Below, in pieces: positions 17,882 to 28,712 of a DNA stretch of 58,511 nt. Position numbers and translations under genes: made by a program. Below the pieces are notes generated by a model. The model saw only the letters and a list, made by a program, of their open reading frames with translations, did no database searches and had not been told where the DNA came from. Origin of the DNA: a virus (Duplodnaviria > Caudoviricetes); IMG/VR virus record IMGVR_UViG_3300017913_000450, positions 1 through 58,511 of that record; one strand, given 5' to 3'. Every line of letters begins with the position of its first letter. The stretch's first letter is position 1.

Positions 17882-20800
17882 ATGAAATATCTGCCCGACG
17901 CCCCCGCGCTTGTCGACCCATCTGCACAGCCTTCTGAAGCTGTCGATTATCTATCAAATACAAGTGGCACCGATTTGCTTCGCAGCCCTTCGTTTCTTAA
18001 TGATCTACGAGAATATTATGAAAGCAAAGGCGCTCGCTTCCTAACAGAAGAAGAGCTTATTGACCGCTTCTATTCGGACAACACATGGGATGACCTAAAC
18101 ACGGTCAGTGCAATCGGGTCAGCTATCGAAGCTGGTACAGCAAACACTGAGCAAAAGCAGCGTCTAAATCGCCTACAGCAAGCATGGCGATCATTGCCAA
18201 ACTTCTGGCAAGAAGGTGGCCGTGGCTTTATGGCAGCAGCATCAGACGCAACTGGTGCAATTCTCGCAGACCCGATCAACCTAATTCCAGGGGTCAACGC
18301 ATATGCGAAGGGTGCAGCGGCGGCTCGTGGTGCGGCAGCAGCAGGACGAAGCGCAACAGGTGCAGGTATCAGAGCAGGTGCAAGGTCTGGTGCGCTATCC
18401 GAAGCAGCAATTTCTGGTGGCCAAGAAGCAATCGTAAACGCAGCGAGCCAAGTCCGCGACGTACAGCTTGGCCTTCGCGACAACTTTAGTACAGGCGAAC
18501 TGGCTGGTGCGACAGCAATCGGTGCTGGTCTTGGCGGTACAGTCGGTGGCGCAATCGGTGCGGGCGCTGGTGCATTAGCTTCCCGCACAGGCGCACAGCA
18601 AGCTGAAACACTAGGACGTCTTGGCTACAGCCCAGAAGAAATCGGCGGCCTAACCAATCAGCAAGTTCAACAGCGCATTCCTCGTGAAATGCCAGACTTC
18701 CAGATGCCAGACGGCAGGCAGTCAGACGAAGCGGCGGAAGAGACACCCGAATTAACACCCGAACAGCAGCGTGATGCCAAATGGCAGGAGCAGACTGCCC
18801 GTGCAACAGCAGTCCGCGATGCACTTCGTGATCGCGTCGATGAGTTGCGTGCAGACGGGGCGGACCCAGAAGTTATTGAGGCAATGCAGCAACGACTAGA
18901 AGCTGCAACACGACTAATTCCGATGACCCAGCGCCTTGCAAAAGAGGAAGCTGACATCATCAATTTCGGCGGAACAAACGATAGCCAACAAAGGGCGCGG
19001 CACTCACGTCGAACAAAAGAATACGAACGCGACTTCTCCGAATGGCGCGAACTCGTCAGCACAGTCGAAGATGCCTCAGACGTAGATGCAGTGAACGCAC
19101 GCATCGACGAAATACAGGCGCGTGTCGAAGCTGATAGAGCGCAAGAAGTAGAAGCCGCAGCGGAAACTCCACCAGAAGCAGCGGCTGACGAGGCGGTTGC
19201 GACAGGTGGGGAAGATGCTCCACCCCCTGATGGCCCTGATGCAGCCGCCTCACCTATCGAAACGTCACCAACCACCGAGCCGTTGGATGGCGCAGAACCA
19301 GAAGCGGAAGGCTTCCCTGAGTTTAAGTATCGCTCAGACGCCCAGCGCGACAGCGTTCGCAACTTGCTCGAACAGGCAGGTATGAACGAGTACGACCTGT
19401 CTGTCATGGTTGCAAATGGCGAGATCAAAGTTGGCAAGCGTGGCAACATATTGACCCAAAAGAGCGTCAAAGACCTACGCGCCAAACTCAAGCCTATTAT
19501 TGATGAACTGTCAGCCAAAAAGACAGACGACGAACTACCATCAGCCGTTGGCCCTGACCCTGTAGCGGTTGAAACTCCAGCCCCAAGACAGGAAGTGTCT
19601 ACCGATCCACTGCGTGGCCAAGCTCTTTTCGCTGGTATTGACCCGAACAGCATTACGCCACCCAAGCGCAGCAAGACTGGCAAGGTCACAAAAGCGCAGG
19701 TCAACAAGGCGATTGCTGCTCGCGCACCAGACGCAGAGCCTGACGCATACGCAGCACAGGTTCGCCAAGAACTAGACGATGCACTTGATCTTATCGGTGC
19801 GGAGGAAGACCTAGACGCATTGCGCCAAGCCGTTGCAATGCTGGCTCGCTCCTCCAAGTCTGAAGACGCAGACATTTTGGCTCTGTTCGATCACCTAACA
19901 GATGTCATGCCAGACGATGGCCCAGAAGTCTCTCTTGGTTCTGTCGATTTTACCAAGACGGAACTCAAGAAGATTGAGCGTCGTGCGAAAGAACTGCGTC
20001 GTCAACAGCCTGGGATGGGTGCCGATCTCGCGACAGAAATTGCGACAGGCGAGATCAAAGCGCAGCGCGGCGCAGATACTCAACCCGTCCGTGGCACTGG
20101 CGAAAGCATCGAAGACGCGAAGAAGTTTACAACTGCTGGCCGCAACGTAGCTGGACGTATCCAAGGCTTTCTGCGTCGTGGCACCCCCATTGGCAAAGGC
20201 AGCGACTACACAACAACCCGCGACATGCGCGTAAAGCGCAGCGAGTTTGGCTTCGAAGCAGCAATCATCGAAGCACGCAGCGGTAAAGGTCCAGACATCG
20301 TGGCCTACACGACGCTTGGCCCAGAAACTATTATGACCCGTACTGGCAAGGTGCAGGTTCCAAAAGGCACAGTCGCATATGCAGACGGCTACACCCGTCG
20401 CGCATACGATAGCATGGAACTGGCAATCGAAGCGCGTGGTGATGGCCGCAAAGACCGCTCGATGCCCAAAGTAACGGACACAGGTCCAGCGCAGAACAAC
20501 ATCAAGAAACTTCTCGACGAGTTCGGCGACGATCCAGAGGCATTCCGCCGCGCATTGCAGGCGGTTCGCGACGGAGGAACGACAGCCAAGGCACCAGCTA
20601 TCGAAAAGCTGCCACTGGTTCGTGGCGCAAAGCTGGCAATCGCCAAGCACAAAACTCGCAAGGGCAAGGACGGCGGCCCGCTTATCCGCATGGTCGACCC
20701 CAAGCAGGCAGACGCTGGAAAGAATATCTCTGCGGTTTTAGGCAAAGACCTAGACGGATGGGAAGTAAAGTATGCAGATCGAAGCCGCTTCACGAACAAC

Positions 20801-23800
20801 CAGCGCAAACTGCGCGACTTGTGGGAAGCAACATCTGACGATGCCCGCGCAGAAATGGAAGGCATTCCGCCAGACGCGGCACTAAACGAAGCTGGCTACG
20901 AAACAAGTCTTGGCCGCCCGATGACCCAAGTCGAAGCGAGTTTCATCGAGCTAACAGCAGACACAACGCTGACCGAGAAAGAAACAGCGGCAATCTTATA
21001 CGCAGGCAAAAAGACAGACCATATCAAGAAGATCGACGAGGTCACTGTCGCTGACCTTCTTTATTACGAGATGGCTCTAAACAGCACACGCTGGCAGAAA
21101 AACCTCAACGAACACCGCGCAATCGGTGAGGCTATCAAGTCGCTGAACGAGGTCATGGATCGTGTAGCACCAAATGGCATTAAAATTCCAAATGCCAAAC
21201 GTGCTGATGCGATGCGTAAACTAGATGCGATCTTCGCTGGTGTCGGCACTGATGAACTCCAACATGCGCGAGAGTTCCTGACACGCATGGGTGGCGATAG
21301 AGCCGTCGCACCTGAACTAGGCACATCGACACCTAGCCCGACTATGACTGGCGTATATGAGTTCCGCGTGCCGAAGAGTGATGGCGATGGTGTGACTGCT
21401 ATCTCTGACTTGGGTGTAGCACAGCGTGTTGGCGTCGTCCCGACCCCAACCAAAGTGTATCCGAACCCACGTCTGATGACGTTCTACCATGAGATGGCGC
21501 ACTGGGCTTACTACAACATTCTTACCCACAAAGATCGTGCCGACTTCTGGAAGTCGATGGACAAATACTACACAGACGACGGCAAGCTAGACATTGATCT
21601 ACTGGTCGCAAGTGTCCCGAAGGTCGACGAGAAAGGCGTGCCGCTCAACAACGCACTTGAGGCACCAGCCGAACTGTTTGCCAACCAGTTCGAAGTCTTC
21701 ATGGCCAACAAGATCAAGGGCTATGCAACTGCATCCGAAAGCTACTGGCGTCGCGTAACAAAGTACATCCAAGCAGTGTTCGACCGCTACTTTGGTGGCG
21801 TGATGATCGACCCTGACCTAGAGCCGATGTTTGCAAAAATCCTCCCAGACGAGGAAAGCGGTGCATTCGCGATGGGTAAAGACGCAGTGGCCAAGACGGA
21901 CGCGGGCAAGACCTACAACCGTCGCTACGCGCAGATCAAGATGGACCGACAAGACCTGAAGGATGCCATCTTCGATGACAGCCCTGAAGGTATTGTCAAC
22001 GCATCTCGTACTATCGTCGAAACGCTACTCACACTGGCACCTCGCGTACACATCGCAATGAAGCGCGGCACAACTGGCACTCTGATGCCTCTGATCCCAA
22101 TGCGATCTATGATCCGTCAGCGCATTGATGACATCAGTGAAATCCTGTCAGGCAAACCATTCGACTTTGACGCATACGACAAGGGTGAAATGCCACGCTG
22201 GATGATCGACGAAGGTTTGACCGCCGTCGATGACCCAACGGAAGCCGCAGACATGCTGCGTGACTTCTACTTCAATGGCTACAACGGCAAGTTCCAACCG
22301 TCCAACGGCATCCCTGCTGGCCCGAAAGGTCAGCCCATCAATAAGCAGTATACGTCTCTCGAAAAACTGTTCGATATGATGGAGACCCGTCTGGAAGCGG
22401 CATACAAGAAAGCTGAAAGCGGAGACCTGCCACCATCAGCAACGCCGAAGTTGGATACAGACGTTGAGCCGTCTGAAAGACCAAACCCAATTAAGCGGAA
22501 AGCTGCCAAGAAGAAGCAACGCATCGAGAAAGCAGCGGATGCAGCAGCGGCAGCCGTCACCAAGACGCCCGCAGCCAAACGCACAAGACGCAATCCTAAG
22601 TCTGGCCGCGTCGTTGACCCAGCATTTGCAGAGAGCTTGAAGACAAAAGAGCCTAACGAACTGCGCTCGTTGTTCATCGAACACAAAGGCACAGAGCGTG
22701 GCGATCAGGTCGCATTCGAGCTTATGCAACGCGTCAAATCACAACCAGCATCTGCCTACAAAGAAGCTCGCATCACCAAAGAGATCAAGGCGATGAAGTC
22801 CGACGAGCTTGAGGCGACATTCCTCAATGGCCTCGAAACGGGCGACCAGAACACTGTGAACATGGCGATCACCGAGATGATGCGTCGCCAGATTAACAAG
22901 CGTCGCAGAAAAGAAGGCATCCAAATCATCCAGCCTCGCATACTGAAGGACGAAATTCTTCAGAAAGAGATCGACGACAACGTCGGGCTGGCACAAAGCG
23001 ATGGTATCCCACCAGCAGCGCGGGCGTCTGTGCGTGAAATACTGGGTTACATCACACACCGTGATCCAGAAATTCAGTACACCGCCCGCACCATGGCATA
23101 TCGTATGCTAAACCTGATGGGCAAAACGTCACGCAAAGCGTTTGGTGAAGCCAATATTATGACGACGGCAGACATCGCTCGTATTGCAAACAAAGACCCG
23201 AATATTGTGGGTAATGCAGTCTTTGCAGACTTCCGTGGTCCTGAGTTCCAGAAGCTGCGCAGCGATCTACGCCGCATGGCTATTGGCCTCAACAAAGGCA
23301 AGGCAAGTCCGTTCGATCTGATGCACGAGATTGGCCACGTCATGGTGCGCTCTGGTGTTCTGGCGGACGACGAGATTGCAGCGATCCGCGAAGCCTACAC
23401 ACTGGCAAATGACGTCACTAAAAAACGCGTCCAGCAAGCACATGGAAGTAAATATGCTGACCGCACAGAAAACCTAGACGATCTGCTCGCAGAAGAGTGG
23501 TTCTCAGAAGGTCTGGCCTACTACATGGCAGAGCGCGTGGCCAAGGGCGACATCCTTGAAGCTGCACTTGATGGCAATATCGGCAACCTTCGCATGCGCA
23601 ACTCATTCAGCCGTGCGATGGACAAGATGATCGAGTATATCGCCTACGTCTTGAACGGTATGGTTGGTCGTAACGACATCAAGCAGCAGTATCGCCGCTT
23701 GTTCTTGTTTGGCGACATGTTCCAGAAAAACACTACACCACCACTGGCTACAGTAATCCGCCGCACGAAGGGTTTGAACGCATCTTATGCAGCAGATGCT

Positions 23801-26800
23801 GTGGCAGACCACATTGCAAATAGCCCATCTGCACGTCTGGCAAAGATACGCAACTTTGTTGGCGACGGTATGAGCTACGACGCAAACAGCGGTACATTCC
23901 TAGAGTTTTACCACGGCACACCAAACGGCTGGGCTTTCAAGCGCAATACAAACCCAGACGTAATTCTTGGCGGGTCTGCTCGCGGACAAAAAGGTCCAGG
24001 GGTCTACTTGACACGGTCTGCTGCGGTCGCGTCTGAGGTCTATTCTCGCAAGCCCACATACGAAAACTTGCTAGGCCAGATAAATAGATTGGTTGAAGAA
24101 GAAAAGATTGACGAGGAAACATCGGTCTACATGGTCGACGCTGCTCGCGATCTTATCAACACACGTCTGGCTCTATCGAAAGCACGTCGTAAATACTCTG
24201 AGTTCACACAGTTCAACCAAGAGAAAGAGAAGCGCGACCTTATCAAAGAGCGCATTGATTACTTTGTTGACGAGGAAAAAGAACTTAACGATTACCTAAT
24301 CGAGCGCGGCCTTCTCGTCGAGCCAATGGTTATCCCGACATTCGTGCGTGTGATGAACCCTGCGGACTTCCGCACCAGAACGATCTACCAGCCCAACGAA
24401 GCGGGCATCCCGTCCCCGATGGCTAAGATATTCATCGACCACGGCGACATGATGCAAATTTTCAGGCCAACTGCACTGGATAGCTTTGCTCGTGACACGT
24501 CTTCACGTCGCTTGGACGGAGAGGAAATGTACCAACGCATCGTTCAACTCTACACCGAAAGTGGCTTCAGCAAGGAAGAAGGGCAGCGCATGCTGAACGA
24601 AGTCCTTGACGACAATGGCTACGACGGCATTCGCTCCACACACCGCAACAGCCTTGGCATTCAAGGTACAGAGCAGATGCCGAACGGTGAGTTTTACGAA
24701 GCATCAATGACCGAATATGAAGCTCTGACTGTATTCGAGACATCCAACGTCAAGCATGTGGATGCAGACGAGTTCGATGACTTCGATGACCGTCTATTCT
24801 ACCGTGCCTCTGAGGCTATGCCTCGCGGCACTGCTGGCTCTGTAACTGAAGCACTTGCAAACCGTGCAATTAACAGACCGTCTGACATCAACCCTGCCTC
24901 TCTTGGCGAGGTGATGGAAGGTGACGGCGTGAGTTCGCCAATGACGTCTGCGATTATGTCTATGATCCGTGGTCGCAAGCTCGATGTGAAAGAAGAGCAG
25001 GCAATGCGCAAGACGTCACCATTCTGGTGGCTGCAATCACAGTCACAGCGGATGAAAGACCTTGGCGCACACTGGGTTGGTGACTGGTACAAGAATAACT
25101 TCCCATCACTGCACCAGAAATTCGCATCTAAATACTTCCCAATTCACCACCAGCTTCGTGCGCTGCCAGATGCAGACGGCAAAGTACGGGCGTGGGCGCG
25201 TGCTGCATCAGGCAGTGTCGGACAGGCGCAGCCGAAGAGTTATCAGCGCATCGTGAAGGCTTTGCGTCGTGGATACGACAAAGACGGCAACGAAACCCGC
25301 TATGTGAAGAACCTTTCAGATCAAGAACGTACCGTGTGGAACCAGATCAGAAACGCTCTGTCTGCCGAACGTGATGAGATGATTGCTAAAGGTATGTATG
25401 TCGGGGATCGCGGCCCCAACTACCTGCCACAAGTTTGGAACAAGGAGAAAATTCGTGACAACAAACAAGAGTTCCTTGCCTCAATGGCTGACTATTTCCG
25501 AATGGAAAAAACGGCGCACGGCATTCTCGATTATACTGACGAACAGGCTGCTGATTTTGCGGATGGACTGTTTGCGACTTTGGCTGAAGACGGGGCAGAT
25601 GGTGTCTTCGTTCCGATCCAAGGTGGCTCGCGCAATCCGAAGTTTGAGAACGTAGACTTCAGTCGTATTATTGAACTAGAGAAGTATCCTGCCGCAATGG
25701 ACAGCTTAGAGAAGTTCCTTGAGGACGATCTCGAAGCACTGCTAGTTAAATACTTCGAGGGATCATCACGCCGCATCAACCATGCGGAGCAGATGGGGAT
25801 CAATAGCCACGCATTCTACGACTACATTCTGGCCGCAGACGCAGGTCGCGAGGGTATCATTCGTCTGCTGACGACAGCGAAAGACTTCCGCAAGGACATC
25901 CGAGCGATCAGCGAAAGCGGATACCCAGAGTACGCCACTCTGTCAGACGTCGTTCGTATGCCATTCGAAGGGAAAGAGGGACAAGCCGCAGAGTTTGTGG
26001 ACAACCTGATCCGCGTCAGTAACGACGAGGGCGCAGGCGCTGCTCGCAAAATGCTGGAGACCATCGCTCCGATGGACCCAGACGGGACAATCCCGCTGGC
26101 ATACAAGCGCCGTGCAGACGCAATCATTGGCGCACTGACAGACTACAAAGGTCAGAAGGTAAACTGGAAGCCAAGTGACTTCGAGTTTATGGAAAACTCT
26201 ATGCGCGTCGCCATGAAGAAGCCACAAACTGGCACTGGTTCTCGCGGCATGATGAACTTCAGCCGTGCAATGCGCAGCTTCAACAGCGTCACACTGCTTG
26301 GCTTCACGACCCTGACGTCTTTGGGTGACTTGGTGCTACCAATCATCCGTTCTGGTTCATTCACAGACTGGGCGAAGGGCGTACACAAGTGGAAGACCGA
26401 TCCAGAATACGCACAGTTCATCCACGATACTGGCGTCGCAATGGAGAACATCGTCCACGAGCGCATGGTTCACATGTATGGTGCGGTTGATGGCAAGCTG
26501 ACCAACGCATTCTTCAACGCCACAATGCTAACGCCTTGGACTGACATGAACCGTCAGATCGCAGGTGCCACTGGCTACGAAGCGATGAAGACAATGCAGC
26601 GCAAAGCTCGCAAGCACTACAAAGAAGGTTTGCCAATCGGCGAGCAGCCTGTGCAATACAAGACAGCAGCACGCTTCCTCAACACATATGGCCTTGGTGA
26701 TTACCTACCAAGTGGTGTGAACAAGGGCATCAGTCTTGGGGATCGCAAGTTGATGGGCAGTGACCCTGCTTTGGGACAGGCTCTCATAAAGTTTGCAGAC

Positions 26801-27502
26801 GAAGCGATCTTCCAGCCAAATCCAAACGACATCCCGCTATGGGCGCAAACGCCATGGGGTTCGATGATCTTCCAACTGAAGTCATTCCCACTAATGATGA
26901 CACGTCTTGGCAAGCACGTCGTGGACGAGGCTATGAAAGGCAACGTCAAACCTCTGGCATACTTCGCAACTCTCGGACCTGCCTTCGGTATGGGTGCGCT
27001 GGCAGCCAAAGACATCGTGCAGATGCGCGGTGGTGACGACGAGCGCAGCCCAGAGCTACGCCGTCGCAACATCCTCAAAGCTCTTGGCTACGACGAGAAA
27101 GTCCACGGCAACGAGCAAGACTTCCTTGGCTGGTATGTTGAAGGGATGATGATGATGGGTGGCCTCGGTCTTATCGGCGACGTCATGCACAGCGCAGTTA
27201 CTCAAGTAGACAACGGTGCATACGGTAAAATCCGTATCGCATCCACGATAGCTGGCCCATCCTTCGGTGCGTTCATGTCTGCCGTAGACGTAGGCGCTGG
27301 GGCCAAGGACGCGATGGTTGGCGGAGACAACAGCAACGCCAAAGAGCGCAGCGCAGTTCGCGAAATGGCCACAAGGATACCAGTTGTTGGCGGCATTCGA
27401 GCCGCACGAGAGGGCATCGTCGACACCCTAGCAGGGGAACCTGATAGCGGCAGACGCAAGAAAAACCCATGGCAGACAAGCTGGAGTAGCGGTTGGAAGT
27501 AA
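17882..27502 (+). CDS. Giant (~3,200 aa) polyvalent internal virion/ejection protein: two HExxH metallopeptidase-like domains and an ADP-ribosyltransferase-like domain
   Basis: HEMAH (21488) and HEIGH (23324), each with a downstream E.(L/W)F motif; FYHGT (~23906), GPGVYLT, GYDGI, VFETSNVK; ATG 17882 has a GGAG RBS. Confidence 0.75.
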   Translation: MKYLPDAPALVDPSAQPSEAVDYLSNTSGTDLLRSPSFLNDLREYYESKGARFLTEEELIDRFYSDNTWDDLNTVSAIGSAIEAGTANTEQKQRLNRLQQAWRSLPNFWQEGGRGFMAAASDATGAILADPINLIPGVNAYAKGAAAARGAAAAGRSATGAGIRAGARSGALSEAAISGGQEAIVNAASQVRDVQLGLRDNFSTGELAGATAIGAGLGGTVGGAIGAGAGALASRTGAQQAETLGRLGYSPEEIGGLTNQQVQQRIPREMPDFQMPDGRQSDEAAEETPELTPEQQRDAKWQEQTARATAVRDALRDRVDELRADGADPEVIEAMQQRLEAATRLIPMTQRLAKEEADIINFGGTNDSQQRARHSRRTKEYERDFSEWRELVSTVEDASDVDAVNARIDEIQARVEADRAQEVEAAAETPPEAAADEAVATGGEDAPPPDGPDAAASPIETSPTTEPLDGAEPEAEGFPEFKYRSDAQRDSVRNLLEQAGMNEYDLSVMVANGEIKVGKRGNILTQKSVKDLRAKLKPIIDELSAKKTDDELPSAVGPDPVAVETPAPRQEVSTDPLRGQALFAGIDPNSITPPKRSKTGKVTKAQVNKAIAARAPDAEPDAYAAQVRQELDDALDLIGAEEDLDALRQAVAMLARSSKSEDADILALFDHLTDVMPDDGPEVSLGSVDFTKTELKKIERRAKELRRQQPGMGADLATEIATGEIKAQRGADTQPVRGTGESIEDAKKFTTAGRNVAGRIQGFLRRGTPIGKGSDYTTTRDMRVKRSEFGFEAAIIEARSGKGPDIVAYTTLGPETIMTRTGKVQVPKGTVAYADGYTRRAYDSMELAIEARGDGRKDRSMPKVTDTGPAQNNIKKLLDEFGDDPEAFRRALQAVRDGGTTAKAPAIEKLPLVRGAKLAIAKHKTRKGKDGGPLIRMVDPKQADAGKNISAVLGKDLDGWEVKYADRSRFTNNQRKLRDLWEATSDDARAEMEGIPPDAALNEAGYETSLGRPMTQVEASFIELTADTTLTEKETAAILYAGKKTDHIKKIDEVTVADLLYYEMALNSTRWQKNLNEHRAIGEAIKSLNEVMDRVAPNGIKIPNAKRADAMRKLDAIFAGVGTDELQHAREFLTRMGGDRAVAPELGTSTPSPTMTGVYEFRVPKSDGDGVTAISDLGVAQRVGVVPTPTKVYPNPRLMTFYHEMAHWAYYNILTHKDRADFWKSMDKYYTDDGKLDIDLLVASVPKVDEKGVPLNNALEAPAELFANQFEVFMANKIKGYATASESYWRRVTKYIQAVFDRYFGGVMIDPDLEPMFAKILPDEESGAFAMGKDAVAKTDAGKTYNRRYAQIKMDRQDLKDAIFDDSPEGIVNASRTIVETLLTLAPRVHIAMKRGTTGTLMPLIPMRSMIRQRIDDISEILSGKPFDFDAYDKGEMPRWMIDEGLTAVDDPTEAADMLRDFYFNGYNGKFQPSNGIPAGPKGQPINKQYTSLEKLFDMMETRLEAAYKKAESGDLPPSATPKLDTDVEPSERPNPIKRKAAKKKQRIEKAADAAAAAVTKTPAAKRTRRNPKSGRVVDPAFAESLKTKEPNELRSLFIEHKGTERGDQVAFELMQRVKSQPASAYKEARITKEIKAMKSDELEATFLNGLETGDQNTVNMAITEMMRRQINKRRRKEGIQIIQPRILKDEILQKEIDDNVGLAQSDGIPPAARASVREILGYITHRDPEIQYTARTMAYRMLNLMGKTSRKAFGEANIMTTADIARIANKDPNIVGNAVFADFRGPEFQKLRSDLRRMAIGLNKGKASPFDLMHEIGHVMVRSGVLADDEIAAIREAYTLANDVTKKRVQQAHGSKYADRTENLDDLLAEEWFSEGLAYYMAERVAKGDILEAALDGNIGNLRMRNSFSRAMDKMIEYIAYVLNGMVGRNDIKQQYRRLFLFGDMFQKNTTPPLATVIRRTKGLNASYAADAVADHIANSPSARLAKIRNFVGDGMSYDANSGTFLEFYHGTPNGWAFKRNTNPDVILGGSARGQKGPGVYLTRSAAVASEVYSRKPTYENLLGQINRLVEEEKIDEETSVYMVDAARDLINTRLALSKARRKYSEFTQFNQEKEKRDLIKERIDYFVDEEKELNDYLIERGLLVEPMVIPTFVRVMNPADFRTRTIYQPNEAGIPSPMAKIFIDHGDMMQIFRPTALDSFARDTSSRRLDGEEMYQRIVQLYTESGFSKEEGQRMLNEVLDDNGYDGIRSTHRNSLGIQGTEQMPNGEFYEASMTEYEALTVFETSNVKHVDADEFDDFDDRLFYRASEAMPRGTAGSVTEALANRAINRPSDINPASLGEVMEGDGVSSPMTSAIMSMIRGRKLDVKEEQAMRKTSPFWWLQSQSQRMKDLGAHWVGDWYKNNFPSLHQKFASKYFPIHHQLRALPDADGKVRAWARAASGSVGQAQPKSYQRIVKALRRGYDKDGNETRYVKNLSDQERTVWNQIRNALSAERDEMIAKGMYVGDRGPNYLPQVWNKEKIRDNKQEFLASMADYFRMEKTAHGILDYTDEQAADFADGLFATLAEDGADGVFVPIQGGSRNPKFENVDFSRIIELEKYPAAMDSLEKFLEDDLEALLVKYFEGSSRRINHAEQMGINSHAFYDYILAADAGREGIIRLLTTAKDFRKDIRAISESGYPEYATLSDVVRMPFEGKEGQAAEFVDNLIRVSNDEGAGAARKMLETIAPMDPDGTIPLAYKRRADAIIGALTDYKGQKVNWKPSDFEFMENSMRVAMKKPQTGTGSRGMMNFSRAMRSFNSVTLLGFTTLTSLGDLVLPIIRSGSFTDWAKGVHKWKTDPEYAQFIHDTGVAMENIVHERMVHMYGAVDGKLTNAFFNATMLTPWTDMNRQIAGATGYEAMKTMQRKARKHYKEGLPIGEQPVQYKTAARFLNTYGLGDYLPSGVNKGISLGDRKLMGSDPALGQALIKFADEAIFQPNPNDIPLWAQTPWGSMIFQLKSFPLMMTRLGKHVVDEAMKGNVKPLAYFATLGPAFGMGALAAKDIVQMRGGDDERSPELRRRNILKALGYDEKVHGNEQDFLGWYVEGMMMMGGLGLIGDVMHSAVTQVDNGAYGKIRIASTIAGPSFGAFMSAVDVGAGAKDAMVGGDNSNAKERSAVREMATRIPVVGGIRAAREGIVDTLAGEPDSGRRKKNPWQTSWSSGWK

Positions 27503-27505
27503 TGG

Positions 27506-27700
27506 GTGTGGATAACCGAACGAAAAGGAAAGTGGAGGATATACGACGGTAGCGGAAGAATTGTCGTCATCTCAAGAGACAAGAAGGCTGCCATCAAATA
27601 CGCAAAGGAGCAACGCAATGGCAATAGCTATGGAAAAAATACTGGCGTGGAAACTACTGCCAAGAATAATGATGGCAGTGATGACGTGGATGTACATTGA
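27506..27700 (+). CDS. Small hypothetical protein
   Basis: GTG start after GGA; KWRIYDGSGRIVVISRD segment; 3' part overlaps the next gene. Confidence 0.45.
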   Translation: MWITERKGKWRIYDGSGRIVVISRDKKAAIKYAKEQRNGNSYGKNTGVETTAKNNDGSDDVDVH

Positions 27701-27824
27701 AGTCTTGTGGTGGTTCATGGACCTGCCGCCAGACGCAATGACATCGCAGGCCACAGCCCTTACTGCAACAGTTACTGGCGCAATGACAGGTGCATTCGCC
27801 GTCTGGTTAGGACATGAGAAATGA
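27618..27824 (+). CDS. Small two-TM membrane protein (lysis cassette)
   Basis: AAGGAG RBS; WKLLPR...WWFMDL...VTGAMTGAFAVWLG. Confidence 0.7.
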   Translation: MAIAMEKILAWKLLPRIMMAVMTWMYIEVLWWFMDLPPDAMTSQATALTATVTGAMTGAFAVWLGHEK

Positions 27825-28204
27825 TACAAGCAATTCTCGGACCTATCGCAAGTCTGGCTGGCAGTTGGCTAGACGCAAAGACAACAAAGCAGGCAGCCGA
27901 AGCAAAGCTAAAGCTAACTGAGGCAGAAGCGAAAGCGAAAATTCTCTTGTCAGAAAAGACCTCGGTCGCTGACTGGGAACGGATCATGGCAGAAGGCACG
28001 CAGAACTCGTGGAAAGACGAGGTTGTAACTGTAATCGTACTCATTCCTGTCGTGCTTTGTTTTGTCCCAGGCTTTGAAGACGTCGTCAAGACGGGCTTCG
28101 AACGTCTGAACGAACTCCCCGAATGGTATCAGTACCTAGTTTACGTCGTCTGCCTAGCAGCAGTTGGCATTCGTGGAACCAAAATGTTTATGGGTAAAAA
28201 ATAA
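27821..28204 (+). CDS. Holin (3TM-like)
   Basis: SWKDE...LPEWYQY...GIRG signature with hydrophobic helices, upstream of the endolysin. Confidence 0.75.
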   Translation: MIQAILGPIASLAGSWLDAKTTKQAAEAKLKLTEAEAKAKILLSEKTSVADWERIMAEGTQNSWKDEVVTVIVLIPVVLCFVPGFEDVVKTGFERLNELPEWYQYLVYVVCLAAVGIRGTKMFMGKK

Positions 28205-28214
28205 GGAGCAAGTT

Positions 28215-28712
28215 ATGAGTTGGAAATTTGGCGGAAGAAGTTTGCGAATGCTGGAAGGTGTACACCCTTCACTGGTAGAAGCAGCACACAAAGGTCTTGA
28301 GCGTTGTGAGGTTGACTTCGGTGTCACATGCGGCACTCGAACACTGGCACAACAGATGGAGAACATCCGCAAGGGTAGGTCAAAGACGAAGCAGTCTTAC
28401 CACCTGATTGATTGGGATTGGGATTGGGATCGCACCAAAGACGGTATGTCTCACGCTATAGACTGCGTGGCCTATGATGGATCAGACGTCGTCTGGGAAA
28501 TGCCATACTACTTCAAGATTGGTGACGCATTGATCTCAGCAATGAGAGAAGTCGGCGGCATCAAGTTGCAGTGGGGCAGCGCGTGGCACATCCCAGACAT
28601 GTGTGAGTACGATGGAGACATGAAGAAAGCGTACAACGAATACGTTGATCTACGCAGGTCGCAGGGCCGCACGCCCTTCACGGATGGGCCACACTTCCAA
28701 ATCAGGCTTTAG
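28215..28712 (+). CDS. Endolysin, M15-family (L-Ala-D-Glu) peptidase
   Basis: GVHP.L, G.RT..QQ, SKT..SYH, HAID and DGPHFQ motifs; ATG 28215 with AAGGAG RBS. Confidence 0.88.
   Translation: MSWKFGGRSLRMLEGVHPSLVEAAHKGLERCEVDFGVTCGTRTLAQQMENIRKGRSKTKQSYHLIDWDWDWDRTKDGMSHAIDCVAYDGSDVVWEMPYYFKIGDALISAMREVGGIKLQWGSAWHIPDMCEYDGDMKKAYNEYVDLRRSQGRTPFTDGPHFQIRL

Noticed and set aside
18667-19875. 402-aa antisense ORF and many similar shadow ORFs (e.g. 5786-6445, 39814-40563, 46208-47191)
   Set aside because: They lie opposite well-supported genes, are Ser/Ala-rich mirror translations from codon bias, and show no RBS or motifs.
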